DNA of 64,000 nt from an uncultured virus (IMG/VR IMGVR_UViG_2510065032_000001) (Duplodnaviria; Heunggongvirae; Uroviricota; Caudoviricetes), in IMG/VR virus record IMGVR_UViG_2510065032_000001. One strand, given 5' to 3'. Positions 38,575-49,043 of the stretch are shown in pieces (position 1 is the stretch's first letter; every line of letters starts with the position of its first letter). The position numbers and the translations under genes were made by a program. A model generated the notes under the pieces. It had not been told where the DNA came from. It saw only the letters and a program-made list of their open reading frames with translations, and searched no databases.

Positions 38575-39221
38575 GCGCCAGCGCCTACCAGGACGTACAC
38601 GCCTTCCACGCCCGCGCCGAGGAGGGCCGCGGCAGCACGGCGCAGGCCCGCGGCGCCCTGCGCCGGGTGGAGGAGGAGGAGGGGCTGCGGGTGCTGGCGG
38701 GCGCCGAGGTGCGCGCCGCCGACGCCGCGGGCCAGCTCAACGTGGTGGGCGGGGCGGCGGGCCCGGCGGCCCAGGCCGCCCTGGGCGCCACCGCCAACCT
38801 GCTCACCCGCTTCGCCGCCGCCCTCAGCGTGCAGCTCGAGATCGGGCCGGACGGCAAGCCCACCCTCTCCCACCGGCTCGACTACATGGCCGCGCTCGAG
38901 GTGGCCCTCTCGCTCACCGGCTCGGTCAACCTGCCCCTGGGCGACATCGCGGGCGGCTTGCAGGCCGCGGTGAGCGTGGCGATGAGCAACGGGCAGCTCT
39001 CCCTGTCGGCCTCCCTCAGCGCGATGCTCGAGCACACCCTGGCCCTGGCCGCCTCCAACCCCGGCGACCCCGCGGTGCGCTGGATGCGGGAGGTGGCCGC
39101 CTCCTTCGCGCTGGGCGTGGTGCTGGAGGCGGGGCCGGGGGGCAAGCTGGAGCTGCGCAACTACTCCCGCGCGCGCCTGTCGCTGGCGTGGGCCGCGGAA
39201 GCGATGGCGAGGTTGGCATGA
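38571..39221 (+). CDS. Hypothetical baseplate-region protein
   Basis: ATGA overlaps at both ends. Confidence 0.55.
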   Translation: MSASAYQDVHAFHARAEEGRGSTAQARGALRRVEEEEGLRVLAGAEVRAADAAGQLNVVGGAAGPAAQAALGATANLLTRFAAALSVQLEIGPDGKPTLSHRLDYMAALEVALSLTGSVNLPLGDIAGGLQAAVSVAMSNGQLSLSASLSAMLEHTLALAASNPGDPAVRWMREVAASFALGVVLEAGPGGKLELRNYSRARLSLAWAAEAMARLA

Positions 39222-39817
39222 ACTACGCGAGCTTGGAGGTACAGCAGGGCGACAGCATCCACCGCCTGGCCCAGGCCCTTCTGGGCGACTTCCGCCGCTG
39301 GCGGGAGCTGGCCGAGCTCAACGGGCTCGACCACCCCTACGTCGTGGACGACCCCGCCCCCTGGCGGGCCGAGGGCAGGCGGGTGCTGGGGCCGGGGGAC
39401 ACCCTCTACTACCCTTCCGACGCCCTGCCCAGCCCCCGCCGCCGGGTCGGGGCCGACCTCGAGGCCCAGACCTACGGCACCGACCTGGCGATGCAGGGGG
39501 GCCATCTGGTGTGGATCGGCGGCAGCCTGAGCATGGTCTCGGGCCTGGACAACCTCAAGCAGGCCCTCACCCACCGGCTCAACACCCCCCAGGGCAACCT
39601 GCCCGCCCACCCCGGCTACGGCCACGCCCTCAAGCAGTACCTGGGCCGGGTGGGCGGGGGCGATGAGGCCGCGCTGGTCCGCCTCGAGGCCCAGCGGGTG
39701 CTCAACCAGGACCGCCGGATAGCCGCCAGCTCCGCGGCGGTGGAGTTTGCCGACTCGGCCGCGCACATCCGCGCCGAGGTCATCCCTCTGACCCCTGGCA
39801 ACCGCGACACTGAGTAG
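39218..39817 (+). CDS. LysM-like + gp25/gpW-like baseplate wedge protein
   Basis: VQQGDSI..LA...LGD..RW.ELAELN; SGLDNLKQAL..RL.TPQG...HPGYG. Confidence 0.75.
   Translation: MNYASLEVQQGDSIHRLAQALLGDFRRWRELAELNGLDHPYVVDDPAPWRAEGRRVLGPGDTLYYPSDALPSPRRRVGADLEAQTYGTDLAMQGGHLVWIGGSLSMVSGLDNLKQALTHRLNTPQGNLPAHPGYGHALKQYLGRVGGGDEAALVRLEAQRVLNQDRRIAASSAAVEFADSAAHIRAEVIPLTPGNRDTE
39789..39811 (+). promoter_or_regulatory. Putative late promoter (leaderless)
   Basis: TGACCC-N11-GACACT, ATG 7 nt later. Confidence 0.75.
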
Positions 39818-39818
39818 C

Positions 39819-40883
39819 ATGAGCGCACCGTATACCTTCAAGACCCTCGACGAGGCCACCTGGGAGATGCTGGCCCTGTTCTGGGGTCTGTCGGGCATCC
39901 AGCCCGACTCCGAGCCCGGTAGCGTGTTGCGAACGCTGTTCGAGGCGGTGGGCTTCGAGGTGGAGGACTTGACATGGAGGTTCGACCAAGCCGCGCGCGC
40001 GGCCATCCCCCAGGCGGTGTTCGAGGCGTTCGGCTTCGAGCCCGAGGGCGCCCGCAGCGCCCAGGCCCAGGTGACCTTCTACCGCGCCGCGCCCCTGCCC
40101 ACGCCCCTGGTGATCCCCCAGGGCTTCCGGGTGGCCCGGGTGGACGGCACCGAGTACGCCACCACCGCCGAGGCCCAGATCGGCGCGGGGTTTGCCGAGG
40201 CCACGGTGCCGGTAGCCGCGGTGATCCCCGGCGAGGCGGGCAACTGCCCCGCGGGGGCCATCGTGGTGCCCCGCGGGGCGCTGCCGGGCTTGCAGCGGAT
40301 CACCAACCTGCTGCCCGCCACCGGCGGGCGCGACCAGGAGAGCCTGGAGGACCAGAAGGCCCGCTTCGCCCGCTACATCGCCCTCATCCACCGCGCCACC
40401 CCCGCCGCGCTCGAGGCCGCCGCCCTCGCCGCCGCCGGGCCCAACGGCGAGCGGGCCAAGGAGGTGCTGGTGCTCGACGCGCTCAAGGTGCCCACCATGC
40501 TCCCCGGCGACGTGGAGGTGTTCGTGGACGACGGCACCGGCAACGCCCCCGAGTCGCTGGTGCAGGCGGTACGCCTCGCCATCGCTGAGGTGCGGGCCGC
40601 GGGCACGCGGGTCACGGTGAGCCGGGTGGGGGCCAAGGCGGTGGACGTGAGCGGCGCCGTCACCGCGCCCCCCGAGGCCCTCGAGCCCGCCCGCGAAGCG
40701 GTGCGCGCCTACTTCCGCGGCCTGCGGGTGGGCCAGAAGTTCGACAAGGACGCCCTGCTGGTGGCGATCAAGACCGCCCACCCGCTGGTGGACAACGTGA
40801 GCGTCACCCAGCCCGTGGACGACGTGCTGGCCGGGCCCACCCAGCGCATCGTGCTGGGGACGCTAGACCTGAGCCGGGTGTGA
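39819..40883 (+). CDS. Baseplate J-like wedge protein
   Basis: PGSVLRTLFEA, PGEAGN, TGGRDQES, PGDVEVFVDDGTG. Confidence 0.85.
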   Translation: MSAPYTFKTLDEATWEMLALFWGLSGIQPDSEPGSVLRTLFEAVGFEVEDLTWRFDQAARAAIPQAVFEAFGFEPEGARSAQAQVTFYRAAPLPTPLVIPQGFRVARVDGTEYATTAEAQIGAGFAEATVPVAAVIPGEAGNCPAGAIVVPRGALPGLQRITNLLPATGGRDQESLEDQKARFARYIALIHRATPAALEAAALAAAGPNGERAKEVLVLDALKVPTMLPGDVEVFVDDGTGNAPESLVQAVRLAIAEVRAAGTRVTVSRVGAKAVDVSGAVTAPPEALEPAREAVRAYFRGLRVGQKFDKDALLVAIKTAHPLVDNVSVTQPVDDVLAGPTQRIVLGTLDLSRV

Positions 40884-40890
40884 GGTAGCC

Positions 40891-42909
40891 ATGCCGCAAG
40901 CCTCCAAGTACATCTCCGCCCCCTGGAAGGCCCACCCCACCGACGCCTACGGCGACCCCGCCGAGGTGTTCACCGCCCGGCTGCGCGAGCTGCTGGCGGT
41001 GGTGGGGGCCAAGCTGGGCACCCCCGGCGACCCCTCCGACAAGGGCTTTTTCCCCGCCGCGGCCGACCTCGACAACGGCAGCCCCAACCTGCTGGACTGG
41101 GGCGACCACAGCCTGTGGCTGGCGACGGACGCCACCGGGGGCGGGGCCACCCGCGACTACACCGGCAGCTTCGTCTACACCGAAGGGCACGAGAACAACT
41201 GGAAGCCCGCCTACTTCTACCGGGGCAACCTCGTCTTCCGCAACGTCGGGGCGACGGCGGACCTGCCCGCGGTGAGCCAGCCCGCCGGGTATCGATGCGG
41301 CAGCATCGACCTCACGCCCAACAGCGCCGACGGGCGCTACAAGGCGCAGTTCCGCCTGAAGCCCAACACCACCTACACCTTCTCCTTCTACGTGAAGAAG
41401 CTGGCCTCCGGCGCCTTCCGCTTCCGCGTCGGGACCGGGACCGACGCCGGGTTTGGCGACGGCACCTGGGGCACCGAGGCCCAGGCGTCCAACCGCGCCA
41501 ACCTCCTGGTGGACGACACTTTAGCCCCTCCGAACGCCTGGACCCGAATCAGCGCCACCTTCACCACCGGCGCCAACGGATACGTCTGGGTGATGTGGGG
41601 CGGCTGGACTAGCTGGCCCAGCAGCCTGCCCCTGCGCCTGGCCTACCCCCAGCTCGAGGAGGGCCCCGCGGCCACCCCCTGGTCCCCCCCGCGCTACTGG
41701 ACCTACCACCCCCTCCCCGCGCCCCAGGCCATCGACCACACCCTCGACTTCGCCCAGGACGACCAGGCGATGCTGGCCGTGACCTACCCCGGCTCGGCGG
41801 CGGTGCTGCGGGTGGACGTGTGCCCCGACTGGGCGCTCAGCGGGGGCACCCTCCCCCGCAGCCAGTGGTTCTACGGGGCCGACCCCACCACCGCCGAGGC
41901 CGCCACGCGGCGCAACAGCCGGGGCGACAACTGGAACCAGTACACCCCGATGTGGGAGTGGAGCCACCTCCAGCGCAACCCCCCGCTGGGGGTGCTCCAG
42001 TACGGCATCTTCCGCTACGGCACCAGCGGCACGTACCGCCTGGCGGGGGAGCTGCGCGGGGTGTGGCTGCGCCACAAGCCGCAGGGCGGGATGGTCTGGG
42101 CCGACTCGAGCGCCCTCAGCGGGCCCGGCCACGAGAAGTTCCTGGCCTTCCGCATGACCGACCTGGGCGGCAACCAGTTCCGCCTCAAGTTCGCCAGCGT
42201 GATGGCGGGGCCCGGCTTCCAGCCCTCCCGGACCGCCGAGGCCCGCTACCTGGGCAATCTGCGCGGGCTGCTCTACAACGGGGGCGACGCCACCTCGAAT
42301 TGGGTCACGGCCAACGCGCCCCACGTGATGGGGCTGCACAGCGTCACGCTCGACAAGAGCCAAGACCTGTTCATCGACGCGGTGGGCAACGAGCAGGGCT
42401 TCTGCCTCAACTTCTACCAGGGCGCGAGCTACCAGACCGCGCTGGTGGTGGGCGACTTCGTGGACAGCCCCCACCCCGCCGACGACGGCAGCGTGTACCC
42501 CCGCTGGGGGCTGATCCTCCCCAACAGCCGGGTGGGCCTCGTCGTGGCGGGCTTCGGCCCGGTCTTCCAGGACTACTGGGCGGCCTACGGCCCGGGCTTC
42601 GGCGCGGCCTCGAACTGGGGCGCGGGCCAGGGCGAGGGGCAGGGCCCGGTGGGCTACAACGAGCTGGTGCTGTTGACGCGGGGCTTCACCCGCGACTACC
42701 CGGTGCCCCTGTGGGTGGCGCGGGCCGACGAGAGCGCGGTGTCCAACCGCGGGCGCGTCCCCAACCTCTACGTGGGGCTCGAGGGCGTGACCAGCGGGCA
42801 GGTGGGCGACAGCCCGCTGGCCCAGGACGGCACCCGCTACTACTACGCCCTGCGCAGCGCCCACTACAACAACAGCGCCTACAACTGCCACCTGTTGATC
42901 CGCCCCTAG
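40891..42909 (+). CDS. Putative tail fibre / receptor-binding protein with carbohydrate-binding-like module
   Basis: LKPNTTYTFSFYVK...WTRISATFTT...QLEEG..ATPW. Confidence 0.6.
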   Translation: MPQASKYISAPWKAHPTDAYGDPAEVFTARLRELLAVVGAKLGTPGDPSDKGFFPAAADLDNGSPNLLDWGDHSLWLATDATGGGATRDYTGSFVYTEGHENNWKPAYFYRGNLVFRNVGATADLPAVSQPAGYRCGSIDLTPNSADGRYKAQFRLKPNTTYTFSFYVKKLASGAFRFRVGTGTDAGFGDGTWGTEAQASNRANLLVDDTLAPPNAWTRISATFTTGANGYVWVMWGGWTSWPSSLPLRLAYPQLEEGPAATPWSPPRYWTYHPLPAPQAIDHTLDFAQDDQAMLAVTYPGSAAVLRVDVCPDWALSGGTLPRSQWFYGADPTTAEAATRRNSRGDNWNQYTPMWEWSHLQRNPPLGVLQYGIFRYGTSGTYRLAGELRGVWLRHKPQGGMVWADSSALSGPGHEKFLAFRMTDLGGNQFRLKFASVMAGPGFQPSRTAEARYLGNLRGLLYNGGDATSNWVTANAPHVMGLHSVTLDKSQDLFIDAVGNEQGFCLNFYQGASYQTALVVGDFVDSPHPADDGSVYPRWGLILPNSRVGLVVAGFGPVFQDYWAAYGPGFGAASNWGAGQGEGQGPVGYNELVLLTRGFTRDYPVPLWVARADESAVSNRGRVPNLYVGLEGVTSGQVGDSPLAQDGTRYYYALRSAHYNNSAYNCHLLIRP

Positions 42910-42939
42910 CCGGGCCTGGGAGAGGAGAGGAGACGAGAC

Positions 42940-45159
42940 ATGGCCGAGTATTCCGCAGCGCTCAACCCGACCTTCACCCTCGAGCAGGTCGCAGACCTGT
43001 ACAAGACCGCCTTCGACGCGCGGGGCTGGGGCACCGGGCTGGTGTCCATCCAGGGCGGCTACCGCTTCACCGCCCAGATGGAGGCCGACACCGCCGCCAA
43101 CCCCGTGCGCCTCACCCCCGACGGGGCGATCCGCGCCCCCAACTCGATCAGCGCCTTCAAGGGGTCCAACTGGGCCGACAACGGCGACGGCACCTTCACC
43201 GCCCAGGGCATGGTGGAGTGGGTGGATAACTTCCACGGCAAGAACCTCTGCCACCCCCTCCTCGACCACAACCGCCGCTGGCGGCTTTTGTTCTGGGTGC
43301 CCGGCCTCAAGCGCTTCCGGCTCAGGTTCACCGTGGTCAAGCGGCCGGACAACGGCGCGTCCGGCCCCTTCTCCGACCTCAAGCTCGACGTGCGCGAGGC
43401 GGTGTACACGGGCAACACCGCCAACGTGTCGAACAACAACCGCAGCGCCAGCCTGAAGGACGCGGGCTGGGGGGCCAACTACGCCGTGGGCCAGCAGTAC
43501 ACCACGCTGTGGAGCCACGGGGCGGGCGGGGCCATCGCGGGGGTGGCCGAGGCGTGGACCTACTGCTCCATCGGGGCGGTCAACGCCCACGTGCGCATCG
43601 ACGCCATCGAGTACGAGGTCACGCCCAACCGCTTCGGGGTGCAGTCTCCTAGTCAGGACTCCGGGCTGTGCGAGTTCGCCTTCGCCCAGGCGTCGGGCGC
43701 GGCCCACGGGGCGATGTTCCCCCTGCCCGTCAAAAACCCCTACAAGCCGCGGGTGCTGCTGTGCCCCCCGGAGGTCCACGACGACGCCAACGCCGCCAGC
43801 GACGCCGGGTCCACCCAGGCCCGCCGCCACTTCTACGCCCTGTGGAACGCCTTCCGCGACGAACAGCTCTCCGCCGCCAGCGCCAACGCCGGGGTGCTGG
43901 CCCTGGCCGCCGTGTGCGCGGTGGTGAAGAACTACTCCTTCGGCTCCACCCTCAACGTCTACCTGGCCTCCAACTCCGACTTCAAGGGCTTCTTCCTGCG
44001 CTCGAGCCAGAGCGGGCGCAGCGACTACCAGATCGTCACCAGCCAGGCCGAGCGCACGAGCTACCTGCCCGCCAGCGCCGTCACCGTGCCCGAGAGCGTG
44101 GTCCGCTTCAGCCGCGTGGTCCAGGACGCGCTCTACGACAACTCGGGGGCCCACGCCGTGCCCCGGACGGGCTACCTCTTCCAGGTGCGGGGCAGCGCCC
44201 CCCGGACCCTCGACCGGGTGCGCTTCGGGGAGCTGTGGTTCCCCAGCGGGACGTACGTCGCCAAGCTCTACGCGGTGGCCGTACAGGACAGCGCCAGCGG
44301 CAAGAAGCTCACCTACCAGTCCACCGTGGCGGCCATCAGCCTGACCACCGCGAGCGGCGTGGCGGAGGCGGGGGGCCTCAACCTCGCCCTGGCCCCGGGC
44401 TACTACCTGCTCACCCTGCCCCCCAACCTGCCCACCCGGGCGGCCCGCGGCCCCCACAGCTACCTGACCCCGGGGCGGGAGGTGCGCCACCTGGGGCAGG
44501 TCGTCTGCCGCGACCCGGCCACCGACGGCACCTGGACGCCGGGGGCCACCCAGCTCAACGTCACCGCCGACGACCTCACCCCCTGGGGCGGCAACCTGCT
44601 CTGCCAGGACAACGCCGCGCTCTCGCTGGACTTCCTGGGCTGCGACACCCCCTCCCAGGCCGCGGGCGCGTACGCCGAGGGCTTCGCCCTGCTCACCGGG
44701 AGCGCCCTCGACGGCGGCTACCGGGCGGAGGACTTCGAGCCGCTGCCCACGGCCCCGGCGGGCAACGACTACACCGGCCGGGTGGGGCTGGGGGTGGTGT
44801 TCCCCTTCGGCCTCGAGCTGACCGTCAACCAGCTCGAGACCCCCTACACCCGCTGGCAGCTCAGCCCGCTGCCGGGCTATTTCGGCTCCTTCCGAAGGTA
44901 CTGGGGCGACGCCTGGCCCCAGCCCGGGGCGCTGGAGTTCGAGTTCGGCCCCGGCTCCGGCCCCGCCCCCCAGACCTTCGACGCCTACGCCGACCGCCCC
45001 TACCGCCAGAGCAGCCCCCGGCTCCTCAACATCCGCCTGAGGACGGGCACCGCGCTGGCGGCGGGCCAGAAGTACGCCAACGGCGACGGCAGCTTCGACG
45101 CGGTGGTCGCGACCCACAACTACGGCAACCACCGCTCGACCGCCTTCCACAGCCGCTAG
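42940..45159 (+). CDS. Putative virion tail/fibre protein
   Basis: 739 aa, beta-rich, between J and I-like genes. Confidence 0.55.
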   Translation: MAEYSAALNPTFTLEQVADLYKTAFDARGWGTGLVSIQGGYRFTAQMEADTAANPVRLTPDGAIRAPNSISAFKGSNWADNGDGTFTAQGMVEWVDNFHGKNLCHPLLDHNRRWRLLFWVPGLKRFRLRFTVVKRPDNGASGPFSDLKLDVREAVYTGNTANVSNNNRSASLKDAGWGANYAVGQQYTTLWSHGAGGAIAGVAEAWTYCSIGAVNAHVRIDAIEYEVTPNRFGVQSPSQDSGLCEFAFAQASGAAHGAMFPLPVKNPYKPRVLLCPPEVHDDANAASDAGSTQARRHFYALWNAFRDEQLSAASANAGVLALAAVCAVVKNYSFGSTLNVYLASNSDFKGFFLRSSQSGRSDYQIVTSQAERTSYLPASAVTVPESVVRFSRVVQDALYDNSGAHAVPRTGYLFQVRGSAPRTLDRVRFGELWFPSGTYVAKLYAVAVQDSASGKKLTYQSTVAAISLTTASGVAEAGGLNLALAPGYYLLTLPPNLPTRAARGPHSYLTPGREVRHLGQVVCRDPATDGTWTPGATQLNVTADDLTPWGGNLLCQDNAALSLDFLGCDTPSQAAGAYAEGFALLTGSALDGGYRAEDFEPLPTAPAGNDYTGRVGLGVVFPFGLELTVNQLETPYTRWQLSPLPGYFGSFRRYWGDAWPQPGALEFEFGPGSGPAPQTFDAYADRPYRQSSPRLLNIRLRTGTALAAGQKYANGDGSFDAVVATHNYGNHRSTAFHSR

Positions 45160-45172
45160 GAGGGGTGAAGCC

Positions 45173-47401
45173 GTGCCCTACCGCAGCCCCCTGCCCACCT
45201 CGAGCGAGCGCGACGCCCTGCGCCAGTGCTCGCTGCACGCCGCCGCCCGCGCCACGGTGCGGGGCCGCCACTGGCGCTCGAGCGCGACCCCCGGCGCGCT
45301 GCGCGACGACTTCGGTGCCGACTACTCCCTGGCCTTCAAGCACGTGGCCTACCCCGCGGGCGCGGTGCCGGGCCTGGCCGCCCACCGCGCCGCGGTGCTC
45401 TCCGACCTCGCCGCCCGCGCCGCCACCCCCGGCTACCTGGCCTCCAAGAAGGTCGCCAAGACCATCTCCGTCCGGGCCGCGCTGACGCAGAGCCTCGAGC
45501 CCGCGGTCCTGGCCTTCTCGGTGGCCCCCCTCGACCCCGACACCTCCCGCGCCAGCCTCAGCCTGGACAAGCCCGCCTCGCCCACCCTCATCGTCAAGCG
45601 GCTCAACAACGGGGTGGAGGGGGCGCTCCTCACCGCCGCCGACGACGAGGACGGCGGGGGCAAGGAGCGCACCCTCGACTTCCCCCGCCAGAGCGGAACC
45701 TACCGGGTGATCGTGCGGGTCGGGTCGCAGAAGTACTACCGCGACTACGACGGGGATGTCCCCGTCTCGGCCCTCGCCGCCTACGCCGCCAGCGCCGAGG
45801 CCACCCTAGCGGGCACCTACGACCAGGGGGTGAGCGACGGCAGGCGGGCCTTCGCCCAGGCCATCTACCCCCTGGGCGACCCCGACGGCTTCGACAGCGA
45901 GGGGGTGCTGGCCGGGCCGGACTGGGACACCCCCGCCACCCGCCAATCCTTCCGGGACACCATCGCCAAGAAGAACTCCATCGACGCCTCGAAGGTCTTC
46001 CTGAACCAGCTCGTGGCGGCAGGGGCCCCCGCCTACAACGGCTCGAGCCAAGACCCCGCCTACTACACGGGGCTGGCCGCGCCCTACGTGACCGCCGTGA
46101 AGCAACTGGGGGGCGTGAGCGCCTACCACAGCGTGTACGCGGCCTACCCCGCCTTCGCCTACGACACGTCCAGCCAGGACGGGGCCTACCTCGACGGGCT
46201 CAAGGCCGCCTTCGTGGGGCAAATCCAGTCCGACGCCAGCGCCTCGGGCTACAACACCGCCTACGCCGAGGTCTGGACCGCGGCCAACGCCGAGCTCCCG
46301 GCGCTGGGCATCCCCGAGGGCTACGCCAACTGGCCCCTCGCCACGCCCAAGAACGCGGGCCAGGCCGCCAACCTCATCCGCTTCGCCTACTCCAGCGGCT
46401 ACATCCGCTCGGCGCAGCTCGTCTACGACGAGGGGCTGGCCGCGGGCTTCGACTTCCGCAGCCGCACCACCACCCTCGACCCCCTGACCTCCGGGGCCTC
46501 GCGGCAGCAGTACGCCGACCTGCGGGACGACTTCCGGGCCGAGCTCCAGGCGGGCGGGCAGGCGGAGGGGCTGAAGCACTTCCTGGAGAAGTTCCGCCTC
46601 CAGTACGGCTACGCCTACGACCACGCCAACAGCGCCGGGCGGGGCGACCTCGAGTACGTGGCCTACCTCCAGGCCCAGCGCGACCCCGCGGTGAGCCTGG
46701 CGGTGGAGGAGGAGAAGCGGGCGGCCTACCTGGACGTTTACGACGCGGCCCGCACCCTCTTCAAGTTCACCGCCTCCACCGCGGGGCTGACCTCGAGCCA
46801 GCTCGCCGCCCTCAAGGACGCCATGTTCACCGCCGTGTACTCCTACGGCATCGTGGCCGAGCTCCAGAAGCTCTACGACCTGTCGGCGGGATCGACCTTC
46901 TTCCACTCCCTCACCAACTACCCCGCCGTGCGCGACGCCAGCTACACCCCCCGCGACGCCTACCGCGACGCCAAGGCGCTGGCCCTGGCCGCGCTGGAGG
47001 GCGACTACTACAGCCGCGTCTACGAGGGCGGGGTGATCTACGTCTACCGCGACCGGATGTACCCCCTGGCCGTGGAGTACGGCTTCACCTTCGACGCCGC
47101 CCAGCAGCAGGCCAGCTACTACGCGGCCAAGGAGCCGGAGTTCATCGAGGCGCTGCGCCAGGGGTACGCGGGCTCGAGCCCCGTGGCTTACGTGGACTCC
47201 TACGACCCCATCAAGCAGGAGTACACCGTGCAGGTCACGCTGTCCAAGCCCGCCAAGGTCTACGGCTGGCTCAGCCAGAGCGAGCTGCCCGTGACCTACG
47301 TGGTGGCCTCGCTCGTCCCCTCGGCCAGCCATACCCTGAGGTTCAAGGCCCCGCGGGGCCTGGGCGTGGTGCAGGCCCACATCGAGGTGTCCAATGGCTG
47401 A
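45173..47401 (+). CDS. Putative virion structural protein (Tyr/Ala-rich repeats)
   Basis: 742 aa, SD GAGGGG, recurring Y..F.YD...Q...Y motifs. Confidence 0.55.
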   Translation: MPYRSPLPTSSERDALRQCSLHAAARATVRGRHWRSSATPGALRDDFGADYSLAFKHVAYPAGAVPGLAAHRAAVLSDLAARAATPGYLASKKVAKTISVRAALTQSLEPAVLAFSVAPLDPDTSRASLSLDKPASPTLIVKRLNNGVEGALLTAADDEDGGGKERTLDFPRQSGTYRVIVRVGSQKYYRDYDGDVPVSALAAYAASAEATLAGTYDQGVSDGRRAFAQAIYPLGDPDGFDSEGVLAGPDWDTPATRQSFRDTIAKKNSIDASKVFLNQLVAAGAPAYNGSSQDPAYYTGLAAPYVTAVKQLGGVSAYHSVYAAYPAFAYDTSSQDGAYLDGLKAAFVGQIQSDASASGYNTAYAEVWTAANAELPALGIPEGYANWPLATPKNAGQAANLIRFAYSSGYIRSAQLVYDEGLAAGFDFRSRTTTLDPLTSGASRQQYADLRDDFRAELQAGGQAEGLKHFLEKFRLQYGYAYDHANSAGRGDLEYVAYLQAQRDPAVSLAVEEEKRAAYLDVYDAARTLFKFTASTAGLTSSQLAALKDAMFTAVYSYGIVAELQKLYDLSAGSTFFHSLTNYPAVRDASYTPRDAYRDAKALALAALEGDYYSRVYEGGVIYVYRDRMYPLAVEYGFTFDAAQQQASYYAAKEPEFIEALRQGYAGSSPVAYVDSYDPIKQEYTVQVTLSKPAKVYGWLSQSELPVTYVVASLVPSASHTLRFKAPRGLGVVQAHIEVSNG

Positions 47402-48035
47402 CCATCTGGTGATCACCGCCTACATCCCCGCCGCCAGCCCCCTCGACGGGGGCGGGGGGGCGGGGAGCGAAGCCTTCAAGCTCCCCGGCTGGTTCGCCCG
47501 CGACGGGGCCAACGCCCCGCTGCTGCAAACCCTGTGGGCCGCGCTGCAAAACACCCGCCCGGAGCACGCCCTCGCCATGACCTACCTCTCGCGCGCCACC
47601 GGGCAGTGGCTCGACCTGCACGCCAGCCTCTACGGGCTGCACCGGGAGTTTGGCGAGGGCGACGCCGCGCTGCGCAGCCGCATCCTGGCCGAGGTGCAGA
47701 ACCCGCGCTCGACCCCCCAGGCCCTCGAGAACGCCCTGCTCCAGGGCTACGGGCTCGAGGCCAACGTCTGGGACTTGTCCGCCCCGGCCCCCTACGAGGA
47801 GTCCATCCGCTACTACGACGGCAGCCTCCTCTACGACGGCAGCGAGACCTATGGCTCGGGCACCGTGTTCGGCCCCTTCCCTAACCCCTTCGGGGTCTTC
47901 GTGGTGGACGTGACGGGCGACGCCGCCGACGCGCAGCGGGCGCGGGAGGTGGTGCTGCGCCTGCGGGCGGCGGGGATGGTGCCGGTGGTTCGCTACTCCC
48001 CCACCGGCGCGCCCCCCTACACCCAGCTCCCCTAG
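47394..48035 (+). CDS. Baseplate protein I-like
   Basis: ATGQWLDL...YGL.R..GE.DA.LR.RI; YDGS..YDG. Confidence 0.7.
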   Translation: MADHLVITAYIPAASPLDGGGGAGSEAFKLPGWFARDGANAPLLQTLWAALQNTRPEHALAMTYLSRATGQWLDLHASLYGLHREFGEGDAALRSRILAEVQNPRSTPQALENALLQGYGLEANVWDLSAPAPYEESIRYYDGSLLYDGSETYGSGTVFGPFPNPFGVFVVDVTGDAADAQRAREVVLRLRAAGMVPVVRYSPTGAPPYTQLP

Positions 48036-48054
48036 CCCTTAGCCCGCCCCCGTC

Positions 48055-48077
48055 TGACCCCTGGGGGGCGCGACCCT
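48055..48077 (+). promoter_or_regulatory. Putative late promoter (leaderless)
   Basis: TGACCC-N11-GACCCT, ATG 6 nt later. Confidence 0.78.
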
Positions 48078-48083
48078 CGGGCT

Positions 48084-49010
48084 ATGGCGACGATCCTCGA
48101 AGGCAACCCCGGCGTGGGGTACAAAAACAGCGTGCGCGGGATCGAGACCACCGATCCCGTCCACCCGGTGGTCAACAACCCGGTCTTCCAAGACCTGCTC
48201 AACAACGACGCCAACCTCAACCAGCGGGTGGGGGTGGTCGAGGGGCAGAACCTCGACCAGCGCCTGCGCAACCTGGAGGCCGTCAACCCCGCCGCCCAGC
48301 TCGCCGCGCTGGACAACCGCCTGGACGTGCTCGAGGGGCACAACCTCGACCCCCGGCTCGACGCCCTGGAGGCTTTGGACATCGCCAGCCGCCTGCAAGC
48401 GCTGGAGGACAGCTCGCAGGTCTACTCCTACGGCCCCGCCGAGACGCCCCCCGCCGACGCCCCGCTGGGGGCGGTGTGGGTGCGCGGCCGCGGGCTGACC
48501 CTGCGCAAGATCGGCTTCGACGGGGGCGCCAACCGCAGCGTGTGGGTCACCATGCAGCCCACCACCCTCAAGGTGGTCTGTGACGCGGTGGGCAACGAGT
48601 ACCGCAAGTCCTCCCGGCTGGACTTCCCCAACACCGTGGACGGCCTGCCGGTGGTCCGCGGCTGGCCGCTGAGCGCGCAGGGCTGGGCCTACCACCTGGG
48701 CTTCGGCTTCCCCCGGATGTCGGCGTGGTACAACCTCAGTTCGGCCACCTCCCTCATCGACCCCGACGGCACCACCCCCGCCGACACCTCGGGCTCGGTG
48801 GCGCTGCTGGACTCCACCGAGGCCCGCGCCAGCGTCGCCTACGCCAACGCCGACCCCCTGACCCTGCCCGCCATGACCCCCGGGCGCTGCCTCTTCGCCC
48901 GGGCCACCCTGGACTTCACCGACGGCGACGGGCCCGGCCAGCGCTACCCCTCCATGACCCACGTCGAGCTGGCCGTCAGCTTCGCCCTCGAGCTCGCCCT
49001 CCAGCACTAG
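48084..49010 (+). CDS. Short tail fibre protein
   Basis: IETTDPV...N...Q.L.NND..L fibre N-terminus; RL..LE coiled-coil repeats. Confidence 0.6.
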   Translation: MATILEGNPGVGYKNSVRGIETTDPVHPVVNNPVFQDLLNNDANLNQRVGVVEGQNLDQRLRNLEAVNPAAQLAALDNRLDVLEGHNLDPRLDALEALDIASRLQALEDSSQVYSYGPAETPPADAPLGAVWVRGRGLTLRKIGFDGGANRSVWVTMQPTTLKVVCDAVGNEYRKSSRLDFPNTVDGLPVVRGWPLSAQGWAYHLGFGFPRMSAWYNLSSATSLIDPDGTTPADTSGSVALLDSTEARASVAYANADPLTLPAMTPGRCLFARATLDFTDGDGPGQRYPSMTHVELAVSFALELALQH

Positions 49011-49043
49011 CCCACCGGCCCGGGCGCCGGGGCGCCAGGGCTC

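Noticed and set aside
537..47412. Long Arg/Pro/Gly-rich alternative-frame plus-strand ORFs (537-1400, 32218-34632, 45226-47412, etc.)
   Set aside because: Typical off-frame translations in high-GC DNA
26529..49010. Extracellular contractile injection system / tailocin interpretation
   Set aside because: Capsid, scaffold, protease and neck genes are present and share the same promoter motif, so this is a phage
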